The position numbers and the translations under genes were made by a program. From the NCBI GenBank assembly GCA_950097015.1, contig CATNEN010000038.1, positions 29,636,001 to 29,700,000 on the forward strand: DNA of 64,000 nucleotides, written 5' to 3'. The stretch comes from Macrostomum hystrix (lineage: Eukaryota; Animalia; Platyhelminthes). The notes under the pieces were generated by a model that saw nothing but the letters and a program-made list of their open reading frames with translations, was not told the origin of the DNA and searched no databases. Shown piece by piece: positions 12,323-24,900 of this stretch; position 1 is the stretch's first letter; the number at the start of each line of letters is the position of its first letter.

Positions 12323-15300
12323 TCATTGACCGCCAAGCTGTCCGCCGCGCTTTTGTGACCTCGACCTCCCGTGACCCCGGTGACCGACCTGCTCGTCATC
12401 TGCATCAGCAGCTGCTGCTGTTGCTTGTCGTTGATACTGCTGCTGCTGCTGCTGCTTATCTTTACCGCCACTAACACCTGTTGCCGTAGTTGTATTGTTT
12501 GGAAAATAATCGAGAAATCGGCTGCCACTCTGAGGACGCCGATACGGCGGAGTCGGCTGCTGCTGCTGCTGCTGATGCTGTTGATAGTGCGGCCTCGGAT
12601 ACCCACCAGAAGCGGACCGGCCGCTCATTGGTCGACTCAAAGCAGAGCCGCCAGGGGCATCGTTGCTGTTCTCCAGGCGCCATTTGTCAAGCATTTGCCG
12701 AGTCTCACGGTTGATGTCCCGATAGCGATCGGTGAGGCGCTCCGCTTCCGCCGAGGTGGCGGGGCGCTCACGCTGCTGCCGCTTGCGATGGCGCCGACGT
12801 CGCTGCGGGGGATGGCCTTCAGAAGCGCCCACGGGGCCAAGGCCGCCGCGCAAATACATTTTATCGCGTCGCTCCTCATTGAGCGAGCGCGCCAGCATCA
12901 CAGTGCTGTCGTACATGTAGAGTCGCCGACGCAGGATGGCGATGTTTGCCGGCTCCTTCTGACTCCGGCGAAGTCGACGCGTTTGCGGTTGATGACGCGG
13001 TGACATCTCGCGCTGCTTCTGCTGCTGCTGCTGCTGCTTTTGACGCGGTCGCTTTTCAGTCGAGCTCCCAGCATCTTCGCCGCTGATCCAGCTGGGCTTT
13101 GCAGTCAGGTAAGGATCATCTTCGTCCAGTTTTTCAGTTCCATTGTCGCCATCGTCCGTGTTCTCAAGGCGACCAACTGAAGAGGACGAGGAAGACGATG
13201 ATCGGCTGCGAATCTTCTTCGTATCTTCGGATTGTTGTCTCGGTTCTTGATCCACAGTTTTTCCACAATCTTCTTCCGGTCTTCTCGTCTCTTCCACAGG
13301 CCTCTGCTCTGCACCCTCTTCGCGTGACTCTTCAAGCTCCTGTAGTCTCTGAGCGTCTAGCACGTCCACCTCTTGTTGACACCTCTTTTGCTGGTTATCT
13401 TCTTCTTTCTTCCCGGCTTCTTCCCCATCTTTGGCCCTTTTAAGTTCTTCCTCGGCGGTGAGTTGATCTCTCTGCTCTCGCTTCTGCCGCTCGGTTGTCG
13501 TCGAAGTCTGACTTTGCCCAGGAGCCTTTGTCTCCGCCTCCGCCAGCCGCGAAGGCGTTCGGCGCTGCGACTTGCTCGACTGCGGCCGGGGATAAGATTT
13601 GCCAGCCGATGCGCTGGCGGAGAGCGTGGCGGCGCCCAACAAGCTTGCCACCTGCTGGTGCCGATTGTCCAGGGCTAACTGGCGCGCCGTCTTACCGTCG
13701 ACGTCCTGGGCGTCGACGAAATCATCGGCTTTGTCGCCGGCTCCGTCGCGACGCCACTGCAAAATCCGTTTGACAGCGCCGTAGCGACCGTTGACGGCAG
13801 CCAAATGCAGCGGCGTCTGGCCGCGCGCGTCGCTGACTGTGGCATCACCACCGTGGCTTAGCAACACGTCCAGGAGAGCCTCAAGGCCCTACAGTTCGCG
13901 TCAGTCAGGGTGTTAGATATCAGTTTATAAAATCCTTCACTAAAGCACATCTTTGAAAAAAAGTATTTCAAATACTCAGTTTTCTGTTTCCTCTAAAGTA
14001 TTCAACCAAACGCCAAAAAATGCAGTACACGGGCTAAAATTTTCCACTCTCTTCGATAAAACAACTTACAGAATCACGAAACATCGGCATCGTCGAGATA
14101 TTCAACGATTATCGTCGGAGTGTCTGGTGACAAGAACCACAAATATAGGCGCAACTTTTCTGCTGACAAAATTTCATTATGAAACTATGTCAGCTATCAT
14201 TGTTGACTAAATTCCATGGATAAAACGATTTAATTATTTAATAAATTTTTGAAACAATATGGATTCGCCATAAAGGTTTATAAAAGGGAAATGTTGACCG
14301 TTGCCCTTGTCTCCACGGTCGCTGAATATCTCGACGATGCTGACTTTCACGAAAATCGGTCATTCGGTTTCGGAGCTATCGTAAAGTAGGCAGCGGGTAT
14401 TTGAAATATCCCCGTGGTCTTTCCCCAGAGGGAAAATAGCGTCGTCTTTCATCTGTTAAACTGCATCAGTGGGCATTCACCTTCTCAGCCGCCACGTGTA
14501 GAGCCGTGCGTCCACACCTGTCTGGCCTGTTGGGTTCGCTTCCCAGAACAAGCAGCTGTTGGACATTGTCCTCGCGAGCGTGATGCACCGCGTAGAACAG
14601 CGGAGTTCGGCCAAGCTTGTCGCATCGGTCAACGGAGAAGGCCAGGTCGGACACCAGGTAGCGAACAATGTCAGGTCCTGCCGCAGCAGCCGTTACGTGC
14701 AACGCGTCGGCGCCGTTTGAGTCGGCGTGGCAGAGATCGCAGCCGCGATCGCGCAACTGCTGGCAGGCGGCCAAATTGCCGGATTGGGCGGCCAAGGCGA
14801 ACGCCGTCCGGCCCAGGGAGTCTTCGGCGTCGGCCGACACCTGCGAGTGATTGACAGGTGAGTGACAGGTGGATGACAGGTGGGTGACAGGAGTGACAGG
14901 AGTAACAGGAAGGACAGGTGGATGACAGGTGGTGACAGGAGTGACAGGAGTAACAGGAAGGACAGGTGGGTGACAGGAGTGACAGGAATAACAGGAGTAA
15001 CAGGAGGGGCAGGTGAGTGACAGGTAGGTGACAGGAGTAACAGGAGGGACAAGAGGTTGTGCTGGGAGTGACAGATTCAGCAGGGAGTGACAGATTCAGT
15101 TGGGAGTGGCAGAGTCAGCTGGGAGTGACAGAGTCAGCTGGGAGTGACAGATTCAGTTGGGAGTGGCAGAGTCAGCTGGGAGTGACAGATTCTGTTGGGA
15201 GTGGCAGAGTCAGCTGGGAGTGACAGAGTCAGCTGGGAGTGACAGATTCTGTTGGGAGTGGCAAGAGTCAGCTGGGAGTGACAGAGTCAGCTGGGAGTGA

Positions 15301-17094
15301 TAGATTCAGCTGGGAGTGACATAGTCAGGTGGGAGTGACAGATTCTGTTGACAGTGCAGATTCAGCTGTGAGTGACAGATTCAGCTGGGAGTGACAGATT
15401 CAGCTGGGAGTGGCAGATTCAGCTGTGAGTGACAGATTCAGCTGTGAGTGACAGACTCAGCTGGGAGTGACAGATTCAGGTGGGAGTGGCAGTCAGATGG
15501 GAGTGACAGGTGTCTTTTGTCAGTGCGAGACGTCCGTTGTCAGTTTTACTTGTACCTCATCGTTAATTGAACTCAATATTCAAACCTGAGTCTCTCTAAG
15601 CAGTCTAGCCAGCATCTCCGCGGCGACGTCTTTGTCGGCAAAGGCCACAGCATAGTGCACAGCAACATTACCGCGCCTGTCCGGCTGATTGGGGTCCAGC
15701 TGACGCATGTCCAGCAGGCGGTCCAAAATGCCAGCCAGGCCACTGTGCGTGGCCACGTGCAAGCAGTGCTGAAAGTGCCTGTTGGGCGGTCGAATGTCTG
15801 CTCCGTTGTCTAAGAAGAAATTGGCCAGCTCAGCGTTCGCCTGGCGCAGGCTGACCATCAGTGGCGTCTCGCCGTCCCGATTTTGTCGATTTAGAGAGGC
15901 CTGACCGCCGCCGCCCTCCAGAAGAAGCTCTGCGCACCTGATGTAGTTGATTGTCTTTTAGCCCATTTTGTTTTGAGTTCAATATACTTCTGCGTGTGAG
16001 TTTTGAACAGTAGAAAAACCAAACCGAATGACTGATTTATGTGAAAATTCACAGTCCTTTACGATTAACTAACTTTCAAAGCCGTCGGACGTCAGCATCG
16101 TCCAGATATTTAGCGACTCTTTTCGAAGAGTAACAATATAACCCTGACAATATAATAAACAATAATAATCAATATGGTTACTAGATGAAATTTCGTGAGC
16201 AGAAAATATTTTCTATATTGGTGGCTTTTGCCACAATACACCCCGACGACGAGAATCGTTGAATATCTCGACGATGTCGATGATTTGTGAATCTTTAAGT
16301 TTCATAGAGCGGAAAGCGGATCAAGACGGTGGTCTGGATTTTCATTGCAATTGGTTGAATACACAAAAAAATTGGGAGATGCACAAAAAAGAAACAGGCG
16401 GGTATTTGAAATACACTCGAGGTCTTTTTACTGTTAAAAAACTGAATAAAATATTAAATTTAAAACTTAAAAAAACTGGAGTTGCTCCAGCTGGAGTTGT
16501 AGCCCAGTGGTTAGAGCGTCGGACTGACGACTTGAATGTCTGAGGTTCGAGTCCCAACTCCACTGAAACAATTCGTGTCCTTTAGCGAGACACGCAACTC
16601 TGCATTGCTGCAGTTCACCCAGCTTTAAAATAGGTACCAACATTAGCTGCTTAATTAAAAGGTTGGTTGTGGCGCCCCTCCCCAGTCCATGGACATAACC
16701 GCTGTACACGGCCTTCTGCAGATGCACCGCCTAATAGCAGCGGCTGTACTGTCGACTGCAAATTGCTTGACAATGAGAAAGTCAAGGTAGAACCTGTGTG
16801 TGTGTGTGTGTGTCGTGTGAGCGTTTTCTCGAAGCCTCACCTCACATCGCGCACCACATGCAGCGGCGTGTTACCCGCTGAGTCGACGCAGTTCACGAAC
16901 AGACCCCGTCGCCTGCGCAGCAGGGCCGCAATTTCTTCGTACTGTCCCAGCTCGCAGTGGGCCAGCAGTCGCGACTGGTGATTAGAATCATCAGCCTGCA
17001 GCTCCTGCGGCTGCTGATCATGCTCCTCGGAAGCTGCTTTCCAACCGACGTCTTTGTCCGCGGCCGAGCCAGCAGCCTTCGGTTTGGTTGTCAT
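12323..17094 (-). CDS. Ankyrin-repeat protein with long charged/polyQ C-terminal tail. Exons 17094-16841, 15937-15586, 14840-14481, 13888-12323 (alternative upstream ATG at 17139)
   Basis: Repeated GNTPLH, GETPLM, GRTPLF, GRTALH and GQTPLHLAA motifs; GT-AG introns with compatible phases (2, 0, 0). Confidence 0.88.
13960..14412. mobile_element. Foldback/MITE-like element with long imperfect inverted arms
   Basis: tatttcaaatac...catcgtcgagatattca versus tgaatatctcgacgatg...gtatttgaaata; related copy at 16090-16415. Confidence 0.55.
14848..15510. repeat. Compound intronic minisatellite (gtgacagga-type, then 19-bp gggagtgacagattcagct)
   Basis: Direct periodicity. Confidence 0.9.
16090..16415. 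mobile_element. Second copy of the foldback element, opposite orientation
   Basis: 16185-16280 is an approximate reverse complement of 14080-14180. Confidence 0.55.
16493..16770 (+). mobile_element. tRNA-derived SINE family B
   Basis: tRNA-like head (TAGCCCAGTGG, GGTTCGAGTCC), central gtgtcc..gc.agacac / ttcacccagc..aaat.ggtacc block, 3' cccagtccatggac; multiple copies. Confidence 0.8.
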
Positions 17095-17499
17095 GCCTCT
17101 AGACCCAAGAGCTGAGAAACTATACTGAGAATATTTCATTCTCTTACCTTTCTTCGCATTTTATTTAGCCACAGGTCAAGTTAGACCTGTGCAGTTTCTT
17201 GAGACCTTAGCAACCGAATAGTGTACACTGGGACATGGGTGGTTAATGACAATCCCTCAGTTTTGCTGTGTTGGAGAGGTATGGAGCTAAAGATGTGGCA
17301 CTCTATAGCAGCATTCAATTGACACGCCAAGGCATGCACCGACGACTCTCTCACTCTCTATTACAAGCGTGTGCTGTACACTGGCAAAGCTTCTTAGAGA
17401 TCTACTCGCGTTGCAAGCATTATGGAGCGAAATGATAGCTCTTGTGTTTGTGTTTAGCTATTCGAGTGATACTCAAAAATATGCACTTATTGGAAGGAA

Positions 17500-17710
17500 G
17501 TCCATTGACTGGGGGGAGACTCCAGACCCACCCTACAAATACCCAAGCTGATGCTGGTACCCATTTAGCAGCTGAGTGAACTTAAACAATGCAGATTTAA
17601 CGTGTCTTGCTAAGGGACACAAATGGTTCCAGTGGAGTCGAGAATCGAACCCCAGACCTTCAATTCGCGAGTGGGACGCTATAGCCACTAGGCCACTAGG
17701 CTACAACCCC
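17500..17710 (-). mobile_element. SINE family B
   Basis: Reverse complement of the family B head and central block. Confidence 0.7.
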
Positions 17711-18756
17711 GAGTCAAAAAAGAACTATTTTACTACAAATTCTAATAATAATAAAGTGTCCACATTTTACAATAAACTAATATGTAATGGCTGATCGTGC
17801 TATCATTATTGCTATGAGGCGCTTGCCACCAATGGCTGATGATTTTTTTATTTATTCGAAAAATCGACGACACAATTTACTGTTGTAGTGTAAATATTTT
17901 TGTATATGTTGTAAATAGCATAGTAATATGTCCATATATTCTTGCGTAAACATACCATAAAAATTCTCAAAGGTTAAAATTACGCATAAAAATAAACAAT
18001 TTGTTTTTTATCATCCTACCGAGAGTAATATGCTGTATAATGCGCTGTTTTAATGCTTACTGTACAGACAATATTTTGCGAACTTTGACGATTCTAACAA
18101 ATGCTTAAATTCACCAGTATAGATGTTTGTTCAGATATAAAAGGAGTGCCTTGTAGAAGGATTACATTGTTAGTTCTTTTATAAAAGAGAATACTAAAGA
18201 AATATACTAAGATTAATACTAAGAATTATACTAAGAATTTTACTCAGATTTATACCGAGAATCTCAATAAGAGGGAACTGCTAAACTCTAATCTCCGGGA
18301 AGCCTAATTGACTGGAAAATACATTCAGTTGCCTTAATTACCGCTTGTGCAATGCAGACGCTACCAGATCGTGTGAAGTGAACGCTACCATTAGAGTATT
18401 GAAGCTTGCGAAAGCAATAACATTGCGGAATATCGAGAGTTAAACGGCCCATTTTAGGACCACCAGTCAAAAGCATAAGAAATACCTACTGGATTGCGGT
18501 AACAGCAGTGAGATAGAAGAAAAAACCAATGGCACGAAATATCATGCCAAAAATGGAGAAAAACATTAAAGAACTTTAGCAACTTGCTTTCATTAATTGT
18601 TGCAGGGCTACTGATGGGCTTCAGCTATTCCTGATGTTCACCTTTTCATGCTGCAGTCCCAAGGACCAACGTTTTCAATAATCAATCAAAGTTTTTGATG
18701 CTCGAAACGCTCAAAGCTCAAAAAGTGCAAATAAGTCATTTAGATTCACAGAATTG

Positions 18757-20904
18757 TCATGCAGGATAAATATTTCTAAAACTAAAAACATAGCTTGTCC
18801 GGCGGGCCATGGCGTCCTTGGGCACGCGGTGTACCCACAGCTCTTCGATGGCGCCCTCAGTGATCACCAGGTCGCCGTGAGCTGACCGCAGACGCACGTA
18901 CCGATCGTCGCGACCTTTTCGCAAAAACTCAACATACCGTGCTTGGCCAAGAGTTACAGCAGCAATGTAGGGATGATCTCCTAATGGTCTCTCGGTCTCG
19001 GAGTGCCAACCAAGACTATCCCGACCGTTACGATACATGTAGGCCATGCAGGCGTTGAACTCACGACCCGCCGCTTTTTCAACAAGCTGTTTGAGTTCGT
19101 CCAGTTTTGGATTCCAATCGTTGCAGTTTTCGAACTTGTTTCCACAAACTTCAAAATCAGGGCCTATGTAACAGGTTAGACGAGGCTCCTGTCTCTCTTT
19201 GCCATCCTTTGTAGTGCTTGCCAGCTGTTTCCATGGTAAGTCCTGCTTTAAGCTATCCATAAACATCTCAGCCACAGTCTTATTTAAAAAGGATGGCATG
19301 AATGAGATGCAAGCATGAATGCCGTTTTTAGTGCGATCCAGTTGATACATACCGGGCAAATTAATTTCAACTGGTCCGTGCGCCATGTACATCACCTGCA
19401 GCAAGTTAATCTGAGGCAATCCAGCCACGCTTGACCTAGGAGTGCTTTTGACGGCAGCATTAGAATCAGACAAACTACTAGCACTTGGCAATTCCTCCAT
19501 GACATTGAACTGACAAGCTACTTCTTGTGATTCGACCGCAGTTCTAGCCAGAGCGCGCGACACAGCTTCAGACACGGTCGATGGCAGCATCAGAAGCAGG
19601 GCATTTGTAACGGCCTCAGAAACTGCGATAGACTCTGCTTTAGGAGCAGAAGCGGAACTTGTGCTCTTCATTTCATCGCTAGCTAGCGCCTCCACTTGAA
19701 ATTGATCTTCATTTGGTGTTGTTTTAGCTTTACTATCACAGCAGCACAAAAAGCAGGCGACGAGTGCTGTCTCATCGGGCCCGCAAACACCAGGTTCGAT
19801 TCTCAGCTGCCAACTATTGGGGAGTCCAAAACCTCCATCGGTTAGGCAAAGATCGCCAGCTTTTAGCTGAATCTCACCTTCGCCGCCATCCTTGCCGCAG
19901 CAACGCAGGCGCATTTGCCGTTCTCCTTCGCCTAGAAACAGCATAGCAACGGCGGCTCCTGGCATTGGCATCACAGGATTCACAGCGTCATTGATTTCAT
20001 TCGACCAGGCAAACCAGTCAATGGCGTGCAGTTGTCGCAGCCGCCAAAACACCACCGTATTGAACAGTCGGCCAGTAACTTGTTCAAGCACAGACTTCAA
20101 AAACGACGCCTCGCGTGGGTGCCAGGTCCCAGGCGCTGAATTAAGAATAAACGTAGAAAAAGAGGCCTGAACAGCGGCACGACGTTCGATATTGCTGGCA
20201 ACTCGACGCTGCTTGGAAGTAAGTCCAGGCGGCGGCGGTGGCCACTGGATGTTGGACATAAGCCGCTCTCGAGATAGGCGAACTCGCTCCGTGCCCAGGA
20301 AGCTGCGGACGAGAGTCAGGCGAGCTGGCAACGAGAGCTGAGCAGGCAGATTGTACACTCCAGATTCTTCCAGCTTAAATGGACTGCAAAGTAATCAACA
20401 GCTCGGACTTTTTAATTTAAAGGGCTGATCGCATGAAGTATATACATCGTTAAGGATCGTGACTTACAAATTACTCTCTCCTGTCTGATCTGGGACAGAC
20501 ACTGGCAGGTCAACTAAACTATTTCTCAACTTCGGTGCAAGCTCACTGTCGCATAGAAGAGCTTGAACCACAGCTTTTGGCAATTGCGCTTGGCTAAAAT
20601 CAGTTGATTGCTGCTCATTTAGCTGAATCTCCTTAGCGATTCGATAGCGCAAGTTGCCATTGTGCCACAACTTGGCGTGTTGCTGCAGCACAGGGAGCAA
20701 GTTACTGCTCATGCCGCACTCGAGACACTCAAGTTTTTGCAACAGAATTAACTTGTCCGCATGCTGCTCCTTGGCGTGATTAGCTAGCCAGTCCATACAT
20801 AGGCTGATGTGGTTGCATTCTGTGCACTGATAGACAATGTCATCATGAAAACCATGATGAACTGCAGTGCTATCCAGAGTCGCCTCTTCGATTGATTTTG
20901 CAGC
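18757..20904 (-). CDS. 2x C2H2 zinc finger + two tandem AlkB (ALKBH2/3-like) 2OG-Fe(II) folds. Exons 20904-20468 and 20383-18757; 5' exon not found
   Basis: YQCTEC..H..EQH and LECLEC..H..LWH fingers. 84-nt GTAAGT..TTGCAG phase-2 intron keeps the frame. C-terminal domain has EPRLT, FNAC..MYRNGRDSLGWHSE, LG.AR, HGDL, WVHRVPK, SFR. Confidence 0.82.
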
Positions 20905-21502
20905 CTGGAAATGTAATGTTAAACATGAATATTAAAAAGACAGAAATCTATAAATTTGGTTGCAAAATACTACTTAGGTATAATCAGGGACTACTAAAAC
21001 ACTCGTTTTAGCTACGTTTAAACCCTTTCTTCATGTTTTTCACGTGCTTTAAATGTATGTCATTGTACTCTGTACGGCCGTGTTTTACTACTCAAAGATA
21101 AAAAGGAAACATATTTAGTAAATATTACTAACAACCTTTTCAACCTTTTCAACCTTCAGACTAACCTCTTAGTCTTTTCAGCAGCTCAGCTGATTGTAAT
21201 GCATTAAATGCATGAAAAATTAGGCGCCCATAGACTTAAACGAGCCCCCAACTTTTTTTCACCATGATTTGGCTTGTTTCGCGTCCCGAGTGTTTTAGTC
21301 ACAGATTCTATATTACCTATAATATAATATTAATATTACCTATTACCTATAATATTACCTATTATTCTATAATATTATTCTATAGTAGTATAGAATCTGT
21401 GGTTTTAGTAGTACTGGGTATAATCAAGTTATTTATACATATTTATATATATAGAGCCATCATATTTGCAGAGCCATTATATTTGCACACCAGTGCACAC
21501 CT

Positions 21503-21690
21503 ATGGCTGCCTACTCGGACGAAGCTCTCACCTTTTTCGAGTTTCTGGCCGGGCAGCTGGAGGAGGTGTCAAACTGCGACACGCTGGTGGTGCTTGGAGA
21601 CCTAAAGGCAGTTCTACATAGGTCCATTGAGACCATCCTTCTGTACAATGCCGAGTTGTGGACACTGACAGCACTCTAAAAGCAGTTTTT
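21503..21690 (+). mobile_element. Internally deleted RTE-like non-LTR retrotransposon remnant
   Basis: FFEFLAGQLEEVSNCDTLVVLGDLKA (APE GDFNA motif) is joined in frame to IETILLYNAELWTLT (RTE post-RT LLYG.ETWTL motif). Confidence 0.6.
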
Positions 21691-21732
21691 ATAGCTAGAT
21701 AACTAGATAACTGATAGGACAATAGGAAGATT

Positions 21733-22193
21733 CTTCCGTTCGTTATATTATTTTCCATTTGAATTCATGCCACACATGTATTCTGAGTTTGAAAAAGTTG
21801 TGCTGATGTGGCACCGTGACTTGACACCTGGATCTATGTCTATGGCAAAATCCAGCAAATATGGGGGAACAGGAAGCTAAGGCACAGAAATTCTGCAGCT
21901 GAAGATTTTGCAAAGGCAAATTGCTGCGTCAAATGCATGGCATGAGTGCTGCTCTATTAGAAAGCCACCTCAAAGAATTCTTATGGCGCCGTCTATACCC
22001 CAAGAATAGCTTTGGTGCCTTCCTCTACTGGATTAGGCACTTACCCGGTTTGAAAGAAGAAAGACTGACCAAGACTTTTCAGAACTGTCTGACCAAACAA
22101 CTGACTTTTTGTCACCATTAAACAATTGTTTTTTGTCGTTATCTGTCGTTTGCTAACAAAAAATAATATAACGAACGGAAGTAGAACATTGCC
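21733..22193 (+). mobile_element. Merlin/ISXO2-like deleted DNA transposon
   Basis: Perfect 22-bp inverted repeat (21733-21754 / 22160-22181). Internal LRQMHGMSAALLESHLKEFLWRR..NSFGAFL resembles the Merlin/IS1595-type transposase C-terminus. Confidence 0.7.
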
Positions 22194-23220
22194 ATTTTAT
22201 CTATTAGACTTCACACCTATGAATTAAAAGAATATTCGAGACATGCTGTCAAGTATGAGTTCAAATATTAAAGCATAAATAACTTCATTTTAAACAGTAT
22301 TCATGATATGCCTGATGAAAATAAGTAGATGGATGGCCCCTTAAGGCTTAAGGAACAAAATAGTTTGTAGGCCCTATTCTAAAAAAGCAAAGATGGTCTT
22401 CACTGACACTATCACTAAAACAGTAGAACCAAGGCTAGAACTGCACTGTTAAGTTTAAAGCTATGCCATGAAAAATGAGAGTAGTTTTATAGTAAACTAG
22501 CAGTAATTATAACTTTTAAGTATAACTTAAAAGTTCTGAAATGTTCTGTTCTTAGGCCTATTGAACGAATAAAAACATTTTTGAAAATATTTTCTAACAT
22601 TTTTGGAATTCAGTGTTACCTAGATTCCTGGTTTGCATTTAAATCAGGACTTCGGTTTTTTTACTTTTTTATTACCATGTAACTTCTCTAATGCCATTGT
22701 GTCATTGGTGCACTGAAAAAATTGAGAATTTATTTTTATCTCAAGGCTTACTAGTCGCCGTCGTTGTAGTAACAATATATTATGTTCCTTGAAATGTGAA
22801 ATTTGAAATTATGCTCATGAATTCATATGAAACTTATAAGTTTATCGTTAAAACAAAATACTTTTAATTAAGTCTTTTGTACTAACAAAGCTATAAAATA
22901 GTTGGTTAAGAAAACAAAGAAAATTTTAATCTCTTTAAGATTTTTTCTTTGCATTATCTTTTATTACTCTTTTTTCTGCTACCCTATCAATATTCAATAC
23001 AGACACACAGATCGATATTATTTAAAAGATTCGATTTTTAACTCAAACACATGATTACGATTTTTCGTTTCCTGATATTTCCTTTTCGAAAGTGCTATTG
23101 TATCTGAAATTCAATGGTCATGATAGTTGCTTGATTGAATTCTGTTGTGTTCTTTGCATCAACAAAATGTTTGGTCTTAATTTGTATGCTTTAAGCTTAT
23201 TGCCGATTGCCATAAATATA

Positions 23221-23682
23221 GGTAGTTGTTATTTGTCCGGTTAACCGGTTAATCCGGTTAATCTTACAAATGATAGAGGTTCTCGTGGTAGCGCTACAAC
23301 CCCTTATAACTTAGTTAATCACTCAAGAGGAAAGCCTATCGAGGAGTAGAAATTGTGGTCCTCGCTGTTGATCCGGGTATCGTTCTTTGCTGGTGACCCA
23401 GTTGACTTTGTAGAAGTTTTCGAATGAGTCGCTACAACTTCACGCTTCAAAGGAACTTAGGTTACTCTTTAGTTGGATAAAAATACAAATCAAACAGACA
23501 TTAGTTAGATATAAACAATTTAGCTTAAAGGAAAGATCTCTTGTTAAAGGAAACATGCATAGTTTGGTGCCTTCCTTCTAATGCAGACATGTGGTATGAA
23601 ATCTAAAATTAATAATAAAATCACTAACCGGACGGATAATCAAAGGGCTATTTGTCTGGTTACTGGACAAATAACAACTGCC
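23221..23682. mobile_element. MITE with 18-bp TIRs and 9-bp TSD (Merlin-like)
   Basis: ggtagttgttatttgtcc / ggacaaataacaactgcc, with ataaatata duplicated on both sides. Confidence 0.85.
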
Positions 23683-24900
23683 ATAAATATAATTCTCTCT
23701 GAAAGTATCTTGGTATTGTTCAGTTAAGGAAATCCTTCTTCATGTGTATTTGAATGCTAAATAAATAAGTAGCCCAAGTAATAAGTAATTACAGACCAGA
23801 TTTAACTATATTTGCTAATTTTTTTGTCTTTTTATTTTGTCTGATGTATTCCCTCCTGGACAAATTTTAATATAAAAAGTTATAATAGTTTAATTCAAAG
23901 GCACTAATATGATCACTCATTTAGAATGTTGAAATGACTGAAATTTATCCTTAAAATGCTTTTATATAGATATATACATATTAAAAATTTTATTACATAT
24001 TTTATATCAAATATACGCTAGTATGTATATTTCTTTATTGTTCAATGTGCATAAACGATATTATATAGTGTAAATAAACTACATATATGAATAATCTAGG
24101 TTAAGGCTTAGTTTCAAATTATTTATTTTGCATTTTTATCAGTATGGAATAAAAAACTTTAATGTCAAGCTTTGTAATAAATGTTATTCAAAAAATATTT
24201 GATCTAGATGTATACATTGCTGTGGTCTTAGGCTTAAAATTTACACCTATTTTAACTCCAAATGAATCTGTTTGATATACATTAATTTTCCCAGGAAGGT
24301 TATAGATTAGCTACTAAAGTAGATAATGGAATTCATGATTATCAATGTTGCTTCTTAAAAACTTTTTGCTACAGCCCTAGAAACATTCTTTTGTGATTGT
24401 AATCAGTAGAAGTATCTACCTATGGAGTACTTTCCCCGGAATTTTTTTCTGTGTCTGAATGTCGCTTGTAGCTACCCACAAACATAAAACACTAAAGAAT
24501 TGGCTCTACTATTTTTTGCCCCTTTTAAAATAAAAATGAAATAGCCAACTCTCTAGAAAGTCCAGATATTCGATTTTCTATTCAATAAATATCCACTTTT
24601 TCCATTGAGCGATAAAGCATTTCGTACTTACCTGTAGGCCAAGCTACACAGCACCTCAGTTAGTTTTTCACATGCATTCATAATTCATCTATCAGCTTGT
24701 CGAACATGTGTGTCTGCATTATTTAAACTTTAGTTTCTACTGGTTTTAAAATTAGCCGAGCTTGTGAACTCAATTTTTGGTACTATTTTTCGCCTCGATA
24801 CAGTAGAGTCGGGAATCAAACCGCTGACCTTCAAGTGGTGAGTTCAACGCTTAAAAATAACAAGTTTGGTCAATGTTTTCCAGCTGACTGCAGCTCACTC

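Noticed and set aside
16493-16562. Possible tRNA-Val(GAC) with a perfect acceptor stem
   Set aside because: Anticodon and T stems do not pair and the sequence continues into a SINE B body
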